NCBI GenBank assembly: GCA_038087875.1
Contig: CM075987.1
Location: 24,678,001-24,742,000, forward strand
Length of the DNA: 64,000 nucleotides
Source: Malacoraja senta
Taxonomy: Eukaryota
Direction: 5' to 3'
Part shown: piece after piece, positions 53,187-64,000 of the stretch
How positions within the stretch are numbered: the stretch's first letter is position 1
How the letters are laid out: each line of letters begins with the position of its first letter
Made by a program: the position numbers and the translations under genes
The notes under the pieces: generated by a model
The model's database searches: none
What the model saw: only the letters and a program-made list of their open reading frames with translations
What the model was told of the DNA's origin: nothing

Positions 53187-53515
53187 AGCCCTGCCCCACG
53201 GTATGAGTTCATTCCAAGAGCTCTCCCCGAGTTTGCCCTGATTCGAACTCGGAGATTTACGGTAATGGCCACTCGTCGGTACTCGGGGCTCTCGTGGACA
53301 TTTTTCAACATGTTGAAAAATCTTCACGAGTCTTCCCGTGCTTACCTGCCGTTAGCGAGTCTTCCCGAGTACCTGCCTTTAGCGTTACGAGCCGCTAAGA
53401 GCCGTCCCCGAGCTCCGATGTACCCGCTACGTTCATTCTCTGTGCTTACGAGTTTTGATTTTTTTTTAAACTCGGGAGAGCTCTTGGAATGAACTCGTAC
53501 CGTGAGGAAAGGGCT
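53187..53515. mobile_element. PIF/Harbinger-type MITE nested in a CR1 tail
   Basis: TIR AGCCCTGCCCCACGGTATGAGTTCATTCCAAGAGCTCTCCC and its inverse; same family as 62692-63005. Confidence 0.88.
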
Positions 53516-54712
53516 AATACTCTGCTGAAAAATATCCATTGACTTGGCCTCCACAGCCTTATGTGGCAATGAATTCCACAGATTCACCACCTTCTGTTAC
53601 TTTGTATTTCCTCGTGTCATTCCTGATAATATTTTTCCTGATAATATTTTTAGCATTCAAGGTATGAATGAGACGTGCACAATGCACTTCCATCGTAAAA
53701 AGGACATGGTCTTTGTGATCGAACTGAACATTTTACCTTTGTTTATAACTGCACGTAAATCACATTGAAATGTGTGAACTTTATCAGCACCTGTGGATTG
53801 AATTTCATCCTCAGGAATTTGTGTTTAAGGAACAAAAAAGGCAGCAACTACACATTGTATCCCAATTCCAAAATATAGTTCCATTGGAATGAAATGGAAC
53901 AAAATTTCAGAAGCAAATTTCATTTATATACACCACATTTAACACAAATGCCAAGGAACATATTTCTCAGTCTTTCAATTTGTTTATCTATAAATTACTT
54001 AGATGGAATTATCAAGATATAAAAAAAAATATTGACAGCCTCGTCCAAGTTAACAAGGGTGTATTTGCATTTCAATTCTCATCATTGATTGGTAAGGGTG
54101 TCAGGGGTTATGGGGGAGAAGGCAGGTGAATAGGGTTGAGAGGGAGAGATAGATCAGCCATGATTGAATGGCGGAGTAGACTCGATGGGCCGAATGGCCT
54201 TATTCTGTTCCTCAAACTTATGAACGTTGGCTTTGCAAAAGTGTACCAACCATCTTACCAATTTCTGGACATCAAACAACGTTAATTAAGTTTCAATTAC
54301 AAAATAAAGGGTTTTTTCTTTGATGTCGAGGATCACAAACGAACCAGTAATACTACAGAACTGGGAGCTAGGCATAAATATTATCATGTTAAATCAGGAC
54401 ATTGATTACAAACCCCAGACTAGTCTGATTTACTAAAGTACTTTCTTCTCTCTTCGATGGACATGAGAGTTAACTAAAACTTTAGCCCAGTATCAAGTTA
54501 ATGCTGTTATGTTTTTACTTTCCTTAACAAGAATCTTTTATTACGAATTCGCAGTTTGCAAAATATTGCATTAATCAAAACTGCTGTTCACACGGTTTGC
54601 AAGCATTGGTTACAACATTGTCAACCTTATCTACGATGCTCAATTTAATAATGTGACAGTACGTAAATAAGAAAATCCCAAAACTTAAAACCTACCAACT
54701 TTAATTGAAAAT

Positions 54713-54826
54713 GTGACATAGATGCACTTATGTGTACATAGATGCTGTGTGTGTGTGTGTGTGTGTGAGTGTGAGTGTGAGTGTGAGTGTGTGTGTGTGA
54801 CATAGATGCACTTATGTGTACATAGA

Positions 54827-54872
<46 letters not shown>

Positions 54873-54943
54873 GTGTGTGTGTGTGTAAGTGTGTGAGTGT
54901 GAGTGTGAGTGTGAGTGTGAGTGTGAGTGTGAGTGTGAGTGTG

Positions 54944-55029
<86 letters not shown>
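54713..55029. repeat. Compound (TG)n/(TGAGTG)n microsatellite with a duplicated GTGACATAGATGCACTTATGTGTACATAGATGC unit
   Basis: Unit at ~54713-54745 and ~54797-54829, each followed by TG/TGAGTG arrays. Confidence 0.97.
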
Positions 55030-55030
<1 letters not shown>

Positions 55031-55151
55031 TCGATGCAGCTCGCGATTTCATCGCTGACGGTCGATCCAGCTCGAGGTTTTTCAGGAGGGTGCCCTCGAG
55101 CTTCAAGGTCGAAGACAGTGTCTTAAAGGTCGCGTTAGTGGGACAGGCCCT
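55029..55151 (-). mobile_element. Partial Harbinger-type MITE end related to 5329-6064
   Basis: Ends GTGGGACAGGCCCT; shares CCTCGAGCTGGATCGACCG...GAGCTGCATC...ACACACAC with 5435-5495. Confidence 0.75.
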
Positions 55152-55346
55152 TGAGGTTTTGTGAATAAACGCTAACAAGAATTCTAGCTCGGTGATAGAT
55201 GTGGAGACTGCAGTAGCCTAGTTTGAGTAGTACGGGAGACACTTGTTGCACGACTTTGTCCCCCAATGGTTCTCCTATGGCTTATGAACTTACGAATAAA
55301 TTCTGTAGATGAAAGGGTGGGGTTGGTACTGGGTCGCTCCACTTAC

Positions 55347-55612
55347 CTCTCTGGTGATGTTGCTGTCGATCAAGTGATAGAGCGGGACAATATTGGTGAT
55401 CTCCAGCAGCACGGGAGTTGGACTGGCCTGGTCCTTGCCTTGCCGATGGCAGAGGTGGCATGTCGAAGGACACTGCCCTTTCTCCTCACACTCAATCTCC
55501 ACGCCGGTTATCGGTTGCTCATCGGACAGCATCTGGGCTCCCAGCAAACTCGACAGGTAGGAAATGAAGGGGACCGATTTGACGATCTTCTTGTTTCCCA
55601 GTTCCGTTGTTT
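55347..55612 (-). CDS. ASTN2: Internal coding exon (266 bp, phase 1 to phase 0) of astrotactin-2, C-terminal part of the MACPF region
   Basis: Translates to (E)TTELGNKKIVKSVPFISYLSSLLGAQMLSDEQPITGVEIECEEKGQCPSTCHLCHRQGKDQASPTPVLLEITNIVPLYHLIDSNITRE. This matches the recalled human ASTN2 segment TTELGSKKELKSMPFITYLSGLLTAQMLSDDQLISGVEIRCEEKGRCPSTCHLCRRPGKEQLSPTPVLLEINRVVPLYTLIQDNGTKE better than ASTN1. Acceptor is TTTGTTCTTTTTTTTTGTGAACTTTCAG (AG at 55614-55613); donor is GAG|GTAAGT (55346-55341). Confidence 0.95.
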
Positions 55613-56859
55613 CTGAAAGTTCACAAAAAAAAAGAACAAATGTCACAGCAAATGGATTGTTGAACATGGTGAGGAATTCAATGTATTGGGTGACTGAAAG
55701 GCACAATATGGAAACAGGCCCTTCAGTATCTTTCCAGCTGTCTGAAGAAGGGTCTTTTTTTTTTCTCTTCTCCATTATATACTGTGTTTACATATTCACA
55801 TATTCTGTTGTGCTGCAGCAAGTAAGAATTTCATTGTCCCATCCAGGACATATGACAATAAAACACTCTTGAGAGTCTTGACTTGGCCCGAAACGTCACC
55901 CATTCCTTCTCTCCAGAGATGCTGCCTGTCCCTCTGAGTTACTCCAGCATTTTGTATCTTTCCAGCTGCTATCAGGCAACTGAATGGTCCTCTCATCCTG
56001 GTCATAAGGAATAGGAGTGGAATTAGGCCATTCGGCCCATCTAGTCTACTCCGCCATTCAATCATGGCTGATCTATCTCTCCCTCCCAACCTCATTCTCC
56101 TGCCATCTCCCCATGACCTCTGACACCTGTAGTGATCAAGAAGATTAGTCCTATCTATATCACTGGAGATCTTTGAACCATCTTTAAGCAAACTATCGAC
56201 TTCAATGTTATATCTTGCACTAAATGTTGGACCCTTTATCCTTTATATAATAAAATATCATTAATTCATTCATTCATTATATGTGCACTGTGGACATTGC
56301 AATCGTGTGTTGTCTTTCCGCTGACTGGCTAGCACGCAAACAAAAGCTTTCCGCTGTACCTCAGTACACGTGACAATAATACACTAAAATAAACTAAACC
56401 AAAGGCCATGCCGACCGTCGATCACCTATTCTCACTGGTTTAAGTAATCCCACCTTCTCATCCACTTCCTCCACTCTAGAGGTCAATTAACCTTCAATCC
56501 CGCACATCTTTGGGATGTGGGAGTAAATCGGAGAATCCGGAGGAAGCCCAAGCAGCCAGAGGGAGAAAGTGTAAACTCCACACAGGCAGCACCCGATGTC
56601 AGGGTCAAACCTGGGTCTCTGACACTGTGAGGCAGCAGCTTGATTTGGTTTAGTTTAGTTTAGACTATCATGGATATCCAGATCATGGATATATTTCAGA
56701 TTTTACACTTCTGAACACGGAAAAAAAAACTACGGGGCATCCAACCGACTGCAGTAACGTGAATTATGACAAACTGCAAGGTTACGAGCACATTAAGTAA
56801 ACCAGTGGCAGTAAAAGTTACTCAGCCGAGAATGTGTGTATTGCGAGCAGTGCAGTAAA

Positions 56860-57017
56860 TAAGCAGACATGGTGACACAACTGGGGTGGGAGATTGCAAC
56901 CTTCACGTGGTCCACCCCGTCAACAAATGCAATCAACCTGGCACGCACAAACAGAAGATCAAACAGAACAAGCTGTCTTACAACTTTAGGCTGTGCACGC
57001 CATACGCAAGAAGAAGT
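56860..57017 (+). mobile_element. Unclassified retroposon 3' end with a (GAA)n tail; second copy at ~13875-14195, split by a Penelope mini-element
   Basis: Identical ACAACTTTAGGCTGTGCACGCCATACGCAAGAAGAAG in both places. Confidence 0.6.
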
Positions 57018-57074
57018 GACACGACTGGGAAATGGTGACGTACCAATTTACCAACAGAACTGATTTTACACGAA

Positions 57075-57295
57075 GTAGACAAAAAAGCTGGAGAAACTCA
57101 GCAGGTGAGGCAGCGTCTATGGAGCGAAGGAATGGGTGGCGTTTCGGGTCGAGACCCTTCTTCAGTCTGAAGATGGTCTCGACCCGAAACGTCACCTATT
57201 CCTTCGCTCCATAGATGCTGCCTCGCCCGTTGACTTTCTCCAGCATTTTTGTCTACCTTCGATTTTTCCAGCATCTGCAGTTCTTTCTTAAACTA
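57075..57295. mobile_element. Penelope-derived foldback mini-element
   Basis: Palindrome centred on CTTCAG-T-CTGAAG (57160-57172), with arms of roughly 85 bp. Confidence 0.8.
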
Positions 57296-57513
57296 CACAG
57301 GAGGATAGGACAGGTTTGGAAGGATATAGGCCAAAAGCGGACAAATGGGACTAGTGTAACTGGGACACGTTGGCCGGAGTGGGCAAGTTGGGCCACAGGG
57401 CATGTTTCCACACGGTATCACTCTATGACCATGAGTGGAATTTGCTGTGCAGATGCAGTGTGAATGGGGAGCTGGCTTTTAATATGTCGAGTACGAGTCA
57501 GTAAATGTTAGTT

Positions 57514-57820
57514 CGGCACGGTGGCACAGCGGTAATGTTGCTGCCTTACAGTGCTTGCAGCGTCGGAGACCCAGGTTCGATCCCGATTACGGGTGCTGTC
57601 TGCACGGAGTTTGTACATTCTCCCCTGCGTGTGTTTTCTCCGAGATCTTCGGTTCCCTCCCACACTCCAAAGAGGTACAGGTTTGTAGGTTAATGAATTG
57701 GCTTGGTAAATGTAAAAAATATCCCTAGTGCGTGTAGGATAGTGTTAATATGGGGGGGATCGCTGGTCGGCGCGGACTCGTGGACCGAAGGGCTTGTTTC
57801 CGCGCTGTATCTCCAAACTG
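57514..57820 (+). mobile_element. HE1-type SINE
   Basis: Full-length consensus match. Confidence 0.9.
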
Positions 57821-58483
57821 CATGGGTTTTCTGAAGAAGGGTCTCGACCCAATCCTTCTCTCCAGAGATGCTGCCTGTCCCGCTGAGTTATTCCAGAAAT
57901 TTGTGTCTACCTTGGGTTTTCTCGATGTGCTCCGGATTCCTCCCACACACCCACAAAGACATATAGGTTTGTAGGGTAAATGGCTTGGTATAAAAAATAA
58001 AATTATCCCTAGTGTGTGTGTAGGGTAGTGTTAACGTGCAGGGATCGTTGGCGGGCCCGATGTGCCGAAGGGCCTGTGTCCGCGCTGTGTCCCTAAGCTA
58101 AGGTGAGCTAAGTCATGTTACCCCCAGCTTTACAGGACTTTGGTGAGGTTGCATTTGGAGAATTGCGTGCAGGTCTGGCTGCCCCTTTATAGGAAGACCC
58201 ATAACAGTGCCTGTGGAGTGAGTGCAGTGAAGGCTTACCAGAATGCTGCCTGGATTAGAGGGCATTGGCTATAAGGAGAGGTTGGATTTTTTCCCCCCCA
58301 GAGCGTTAGAGGCAGAGGGGAGATCATAAGGTTTTTCCGGTCATAGGAGTAGAATTTGGCCATTCGGCCCATCGAGTCTACTCGCCCTTCAATCATGGCT
58401 GATATATCTCTCCCTCCTAACCCCATTCTCCTGCCTTCTCCCCATAACCTCGGACACCAGCACTAATCAAGAATCTATCTATC

Positions 58484-58636
58484 GCAGGTAGACAAAAGTC
58501 TGATCAGTCTGAAGAAGGGTTTCGGCTCGAAAATGCTGCCCATTTCCTTCGCTCCATAGATGCTGCTGCACCCGCTGAGTTTCTCCAGCACTTTTGTCTA
58601 CCTTCGATTTTCCAGCATCTGCAGTTCCTTCTTAAA
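58484..58636 (+). mobile_element. Penelope-derived mini-element (subfamily B) with 16-bp TSD, inserted in a CR1 tail
   Basis: TSD CAAGAATCTATCTATC at 58468-58483 and 58637-58652. Confidence 0.85.
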
Positions 58637-58794
58637 CAAGAATCTATCTATCTCTGCCTTGGAAATATAACGAGACCTGATAGAAGTTTATTATTATTAT
58701 TATGAGAGGCATAGGTCGGGTGGGTAGTCTGTACATTTTGCCGGGCTCCACTGTCTATGTATTTGGAGGTATGTAATATGATCCCGTCAACTCT

Positions 58795-59478
58795 GGTGCA
58801 GCAGGCAGTGAAGAAAGCGAATGGTATGTTGGCCTTCATAGCAAGAGGATTTGAGTATAGGAGCAGGGAGGTTCTACTGCAGTTGTACAGGGTCTTGGTG
58901 AGACCACACCTGGAGTATTGCGTACAGTTTTGGTCTCCAAATCTGAGGAAGGACATTATAGCCATAGAGGGAGTGCAGAGAAGGTTCACCAGACTGATTC
59001 CTGGGATGTCAGGACTTTCATATGAAGAAAGACTGGATAGACTTGGCTTATACTCGCTAGAATTTAGGAGATTGAGAGGGGATCTTATAGAAACGTACAA
59101 AATTCTTATGGGGTTGGACAGGCTAGATGCAGGAAGATTGTTCCCGATGTTGGGGAAGTCCAGGACAAGTGGTCACAGCTTAAGGATAAGGGGGAAATCC
59201 TTTAAGATCGAGATGAGGAAAAACTTTTTCACACAGAGAGTGGTGAATCTCTGGAACTCTCTGCCACAGAGGGTAGTTGAGGCCAGTTCATTGGCTATAT
59301 TTAAGAGGGAGTTAGATGTGGCCCTTGTGGCTAAGGGGATCAGGGGGTATGGAGAGAAGGCAGGTACGGGATACTGAGTTGGATGATCAGCCATGATCAT
59401 ATTGAATGGCGGTGCAGGCTCGAAGGGCCGAATGGCCTACTCCTGCACCTATTTTCTATGTATCTATGTATCTATGTA
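58795..59478 (+). mobile_element. CR1 LINE 3' fragment, near-identical to the 3' end of the 15780-18315 copy
   Basis: Same ORF2 C-terminus (VQQAVKKANGML...GEKAGTGY*) and 3' UTR with only a handful of substitutions; (TATCTATG) tail. Confidence 0.95.
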
Positions 59479-60741
59479 TATCCTAGATGCATCAATAAAT
59501 ACATTCTCCCAAAAATATCTACCACATTGTCTGCCGGCACGCAGACTTACATTGTTGACTTCTAAAACATCCTTCCCAAGAATACAGCAAATTAGGAGCA
59601 GGAATAAGCTGTTAAACCCCTCATTCTGCCTTGCCATTCATTATGACCATGGATGCTCGACTAGTTGTGTTTAGTTTGAGATACAGCGCGGAAACAGACC
59701 ACACAGGCCACACAGAAAACACTCAAGGTTTAATTCCACGGCACCTCTTTCACTTTTTAAAATATATAAATTCAGAAGTTCATGCATTCATAAGCGGTAG
59801 GAGCAGATTTAGGTAATTCGGCCAATCAAGTCTACTTGAGTTAGATAAAGCTCTAGGGGCTAGTGGAGTCAAGGGATATGGGGAGAAGGCAGGCACGGGT
59901 TATTGATAGGGGACGATCAGCCATGATCACAATGAATGGCGGTGCTGGCTCGAAGGGCCGAATGGCCTCTTCCTGCACCTATTTTCTATGTTTCTACTCC
60001 GCCATTCAATCATGGCTGATCTTTCTCTCCCTCCTAACCCCATTCTCCTGCCTTCTCCCCATAATACCCCTGACACCCGGACTAATCACGAATCTATCAA
60101 TCTCTGCCTTAAAAAAATATCCATTGAATTGGTATCCACGGCCTTCTGTGGCAATGAATTCCACAGATTCACCACCCTCTGACTAAAGAATATGAAACAA
60201 GTAATGTGTGAATAAATGGTAGACAAAAATGCTGGAGAAACTCAGCGGGTGCGGCAGCATCTATGGAGCGAAGGAAATAGGCAACGTTTTTCCATTTTTG
60301 TCTACCTTCGATTTTCCAGCATCTGCAGTTCCTTCTTGAACAGGTGTGAATAAATTGCAGGCAGCAAAACCAAAGCAAAATTCAAAGTGTGGGACTTGGT
60401 GGTTGAGGGGGTTGCTGATGTCGTTGGTGAATACTCTCTTTTTTCTGTTCCCCTTGAAGGATTTGGCCAAGATCACAGCCAGAGTTCCAAACGCTAAAAC
60501 AATGAGGAGTTCTGATCCTGGGCCAAGCAATCAATTACCACCAGCATGTTCATGCTCTTGTGCATTTGTAGATACCTGCAACTTAATATATGCAATGCTG
60601 TTCTGGTCTCCTCTCCTCCGACTCAAATTCCCGCAGCAGTGCCTGCAATCGAAGCAGGTTGGAGTGATACCATCACACCCAGAATGCTCATGGGGTCATG
60701 AGTGACAGGAGCAGAATTAGGCCATTTCTGCCCATCAAGTC

Positions 60742-61293
60742 CTTCTGCGGTTGTACAGGGCCCTAGTGAGACCACACCTGGAGTATTGTGTGCAGTTTTG
60801 CTATTGAGGGAGTGCAGCGTTGGTTTACAAGGTTAATTCCCGGGATGGCGGGACTGTCATATGCTGAGAGAATGGAGCTGCTGGGCTTGTACACTCTGGA
60901 GTTTAGAAGGATGAGAGGGCATCTCATTGAAACATATAAGATTGTTAAGGGTTTGGACACGCTAGAGGCTGGAAACATGTTCCCGATGTTGGGGGAGTCC
61001 AGGAACCAGGGGCCACAGTTGAAGAATAAGGGGTAAGCCATTTAGAACGGAGACGAGGAAACACTTTTCCTCAGAGAGTTGTGAGTCTGTGGAATTCTCT
61101 GCCTCAGAGGGCGGTGGAGGCCGGTTCTCTGGATACTTTCAAGTGAGAGCTAGATAGAGCTCTTAAAGATAGCGGTCAGGGAATATGGGGAGAAGGAAGG
61201 AACGGGGAACTGATTGGGGATGATCAGCCATGATCACATTGAATGGCTCGAAGGGCCGAATGGCCTACTACTGCACCTATTGTCTATTGTCTA
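60742..61293 (+). mobile_element. CR1 LINE 3' fragment (second subfamily) nested in a minus-strand CR1 tail
   Basis: RPHLEYCVQF...EGVQRWFTRLIPGM...LYTLEFRRMRG; (TATTGTC)n tail; host tail CCCATCAAGTC|...|AAGTCTACTCCGCC resumes afterwards. Confidence 0.9.
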
Positions 61294-61569
61294 AGTCTAC
61301 TCCGCCATTCAATTATGGCTGATCTATCTCTCCCTCCTAACCCCATTCTCCTGTCTTCTCCCCATAACCCCTGACACCCGTACTAATCAAGAATCTATCT
61401 ATCTCTGCCACAAAAATATCCACTGACTTGGCCTCCACAGCCTTCTGTGGCAAATAATTCCACAGATTCACCACCCTCTGACTAAAGAAATTTCTCCTCA
61501 TCTCCTTCCTAAAGGAACATTGTTTAATTCTGAGGCTGTGACCTCTGGTCCTAGACTCTCCCACTAGTG

Positions 61570-61757
61570 CAGGGGTGTCAAACTCATTTAAACTCATTTT
61601 TGGTTACGGGCAAAATGCGACTTCATGCGCGCCGTTGCACGCGCGAACGCAGCCTGATCCGGCACCGAGGACAGCTGCAGCCCGCTCTAGCATTGGGGAA
61701 ATCATCCCGCGGGCCGGATTGGACCCCTTCGCGAGCCGCATCCGGCCCACAGGCCTG
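61570..61757 (+). mobile_element. hAT (Charlie-like) non-autonomous element with 8-bp TSD, nested in a CR1 tail
   Basis: TSD CACTAGTG at 61562-61569 and 61758-61765; starts CAGGGGTGTCAAAC; GCGGGCCG/CGGCCC subterminal motifs; right TIR reduced to CCTG. Confidence 0.88.
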
Positions 61758-61819
61758 CACTAGTGGAAACATCCTCTCCACATCCACTCTATCCAAGCCC
61801 TGATTTAACCCTTGGATTG

Positions 61820-62360
61820 CGATGTTTCGGGTCGAGACCTTTCTTCACAATAAGTCAAAAGAAGCACAATTTATTCTCCTCCATTATCAGAGTGAGGCCA
61901 AACGCAAATTGGATGAACAGCACCTCATATTTCGCTTGGGCAGCTTACAACCCAGCAGTATGAACATTGACTTCTCTAACATCAAGTAACCCTTGCATCC
62001 TCTCTCTCTCTCTCTCCTTCCCTCCCCCACCCAAGTTGTTGTACAAGGTACAAATTCATCTTATTGAGTCTCATTGTCGGTAACTCGCTTTCACCTAACC
62101 CATAGCTAACAATGGCCTGTTTTCTTTATCATCATTACTTTTTTTGCATATCTTTCATTCATCTGTTCGATATCTTTCTATTTCACCATCTGTATCTCTC
62201 ATTTCCCTTTCCCCTGACTCTCAGTCTGAAGAAGGGTCTCGACCCGAGAAGTCACCTGTTCCTTTTCTCCAGAAATGCTGCCTGTCCCGCTGAATTACAC
62301 CAGCTTTTGGTGTCTTAGATCTTCGGTTTAAACCAGCATCTGCAGGTTCCTTCCTGCACA
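61820..62360 (+). mobile_element. Penelope-like element 3' remnant: GIY-YIG C-terminus, 3' UTR, and pLTR with a hammerhead-like motif
   Basis: 61876-61989 encodes LLHYQSEAKRKLDEQHLIFRLGSLQPSSMNIDFSNIK*, resembling the E..WIFRLGTL.P.G.N end of PLE GIY-YIG domains. It is followed by CTGAAGAAGGGTCTCGACCCGAGAAGTC at 62226 and the terminus ...GCATCTGCAGGTTCCTTCCTGCACA. A short inverted pLTR piece sits at 61822-61848. Confidence 0.85.
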
Positions 62361-62691
62361 AATATACTCTCTCTGCATTTTGTTTCGAGACAAAATGATT
62401 CCACTGAAGATTGGAACTGAAAATGGCTTATCAGAAATTACATTCAGTATTCAAATCTCTACAATTTTCCACAATGTAGGGCTGGGTTGGAAGATGTTTA
62501 CAACTTACGTAATATGTGTGAAACTTTCAGATGGGCTAACTTGCCACCAACTCAAGGAGGCAATCTCGACAGCTCGCTTATGCCTCCTGGTGGCCGACCA
62601 CTGTATGGAATTGGCACAAGACTGGAAACTTTGTTGCCCTTCCAGTCAAATAACCTTGCACCTAAAAGGTGTAACAAGCTTTAAACTTTCA

Positions 62692-63005
62692 AACCCCTGT
62701 CCCACGGTACGAGTTCATTCCAAGAGCTCTCCCGAGTTTGCCCTGATTCGAACTCGGAGATTTACGGTAATGGCCGCTCTCGTGGACATTTTTAAACATG
62801 TTGAAAAATCTTCACGAGTCTTTCCGTGCTTACCTGCCGTTAGTGAGTCTTCCCGAGTACCTGCCGTTAGCGTAAAGAGCCGCTAAGAGACGTCCCCGAG
62901 CTCCGACGTACCCGCTACGTTCATTCTCCGTGCTTACCACGAGTTTGATTTTTTTTTTTAACTGAGGAGAGCTCTTGGAATGAACTCGTAAAGTGGGACA
63001 GGGCT
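62692..63005. mobile_element. PIF/Harbinger-type MITE (same family as 53187-53515)
   Basis: CCCTGTCCCACGGTACGAGTTCATTCCAAGAGCTCTCC...GGAGAGCTCTTGGAATGAACTCGTAAAGTGGGACAGGG. Confidence 0.88.
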
Positions 63006-63247
63006 TTTACAAATTTGACAAAAGCAATAAGATTTCTTGCGATCTTAACCAAAGGTGGCACCAGGTGACACGGTGGCAGAGCTACTGCCTTACAGTGCCA
63101 GAGACCCGAGTTCGATCCTGACTCCGGGCCCTGCCTGTATGGAGTTTGTACGTTCTCCCCGTGACCTGCGTGGGTTTTCTCCGGGATCTCCGGTTTCCTC
63201 CCACACTCCAAAGACGTACAGGTAAGTAGGTTAATTGGCCTGGTTTA

Positions 63248-64000
63248 CAGTGGCTTGCAAAAGTATTCATACCCCTTGAACTTTTCCACATTTTGTCACG
63301 TTACAACCACAAACGTAAATGTATTTTATTGGGATTTTATGTGATAGACCAACACAAAGTGGCGCATAATTGTGAAGTGGAAGGAAAATGATTCATGGTT
63401 TTCAAAATTTTTTACAAATAAAAAACTGAAAAGTGTGGCGTGCAAAAGTATTTAGCCCCCTTTACTCTGATACCCCTAAATAAAATCCAGTGCAACCAAT
63501 TGCCTTCAGAAGTCACCTAATTAGTAAATAGAGTCCACTTGTGTGTAATCTAATCTCAGTATAAATACAGCTGTTCTGTAAAGTCCTCAGAGGTTTGCTA
63601 GAGAACATTAGTGAACAAACAGCATCATGAAGCCCAAGGAACACACCAGACAGGTCAGGGATAAAGTTGTGGAGAAGTTTAAAGCAGGGTTAGGTTATAA
63701 AATATATCCCAAGCTTTGAACATCTCACGGAGCACTGTTCAATCCATCATCCGAAAATGGAAAGAGTATGGCACAACTGCAAACCTACCAAGACATGGCC
63801 GTCCACCTAAACTGACAGGCCGGGCAAGGAGAGCATTGATCAGAGAAGCAGCCAAGAGGCCCATGGTAACTCTGGAGGAGCTGCAGAGATCCACAGCTCA
63901 AGTAGGAGAATCTGTCCACAGGATTACTATTAGTCGTGCACTCCACAAATCGGGCCTTTATGGAAGAGTGGCAAGAAGAAAGCCATTGTTGAAAAAAAGC
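63248..64000 (+). mobile_element. Tc1/mariner DNA transposon (IR/DR type), 5' part, inserted at TA in an HE1 SINE; runs off the window
   Basis: TA|CAGTGGCTTGCAAAAGTATTCATACCCC terminus; inner direct repeat GGCGTGCAAAAGTATTTAGCCCCC at ~63437-63460; transposase sequence follows. Confidence 0.95.
63627..64000 (+). pseudogene. Tc1 transposase N-terminus (paired-like HTH) with one frameshift near 63700
   Basis: MKPKEHTRQVRDKVVEKFKAGLGYK /fs/ SQALNISRSTVQSIIRKWKEYGTTANLPRHGRPPKLTGRARRALIREAAKRPMVTLEELQRSTAQVGESVHRITISRALHKSGLYGRVARRKPLLKK. Confidence 0.9.

Noticed and set aside
55290..55775. The 161-aa ORF as a stand-alone gene
   Set aside because: Only 55347-55612 is ASTN2-like and bounded by splice sites; the rest is intronic read-through.
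55613..64000. TRIM32, which I recall is nested antisense in an ASTN2 intron near this exon in mammals
   Set aside because: No long RING/B-box/NHL ORF anywhere in the window. It may lie further right, so absence here says nothing about loss.

Overview
This is vertebrate nuclear DNA, almost certainly from a cartilaginous fish (probably a skate or ray), inferred from dense HE1-type tRNA SINEs and HER1/CR1 LINE tails. The only host coding sequence I can support is one 266-bp internal exon of astrotactin-2 (ASTN2) on the minus strand at 55347-55612. The rest reads as ASTN2 intron, with a 200-N assembly gap, and is packed with nested transposons: roughly 35 HE1 SINE pieces, CR1 LINEs (one long, internally deleted copy), Rex1-type 3' ends, PIF/Harbinger MITEs, a hAT MITE, the 5' half of a Tc1, an AFC-like CORE SINE and a Penelope remnant. 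Two signals stand out. (1) An abundant family of 130-250 bp foldback Penelope-derived mini-elements that carry a hammerhead-ribozyme core motif and are repeatedly flanked by 12-16 bp target-site duplications (TSDs). (2) A ~0.85-0.9 kb GC-rich non-coding retroposon whose copies keep the same hairpins despite divergent sequence and end in two different LINE-type tails. Nearly all short ORFs in the supplied track are spurious repeat translations. Family names come from recalled consensus features, not database searches, and repeat boundaries are approximate unless a TSD is given.
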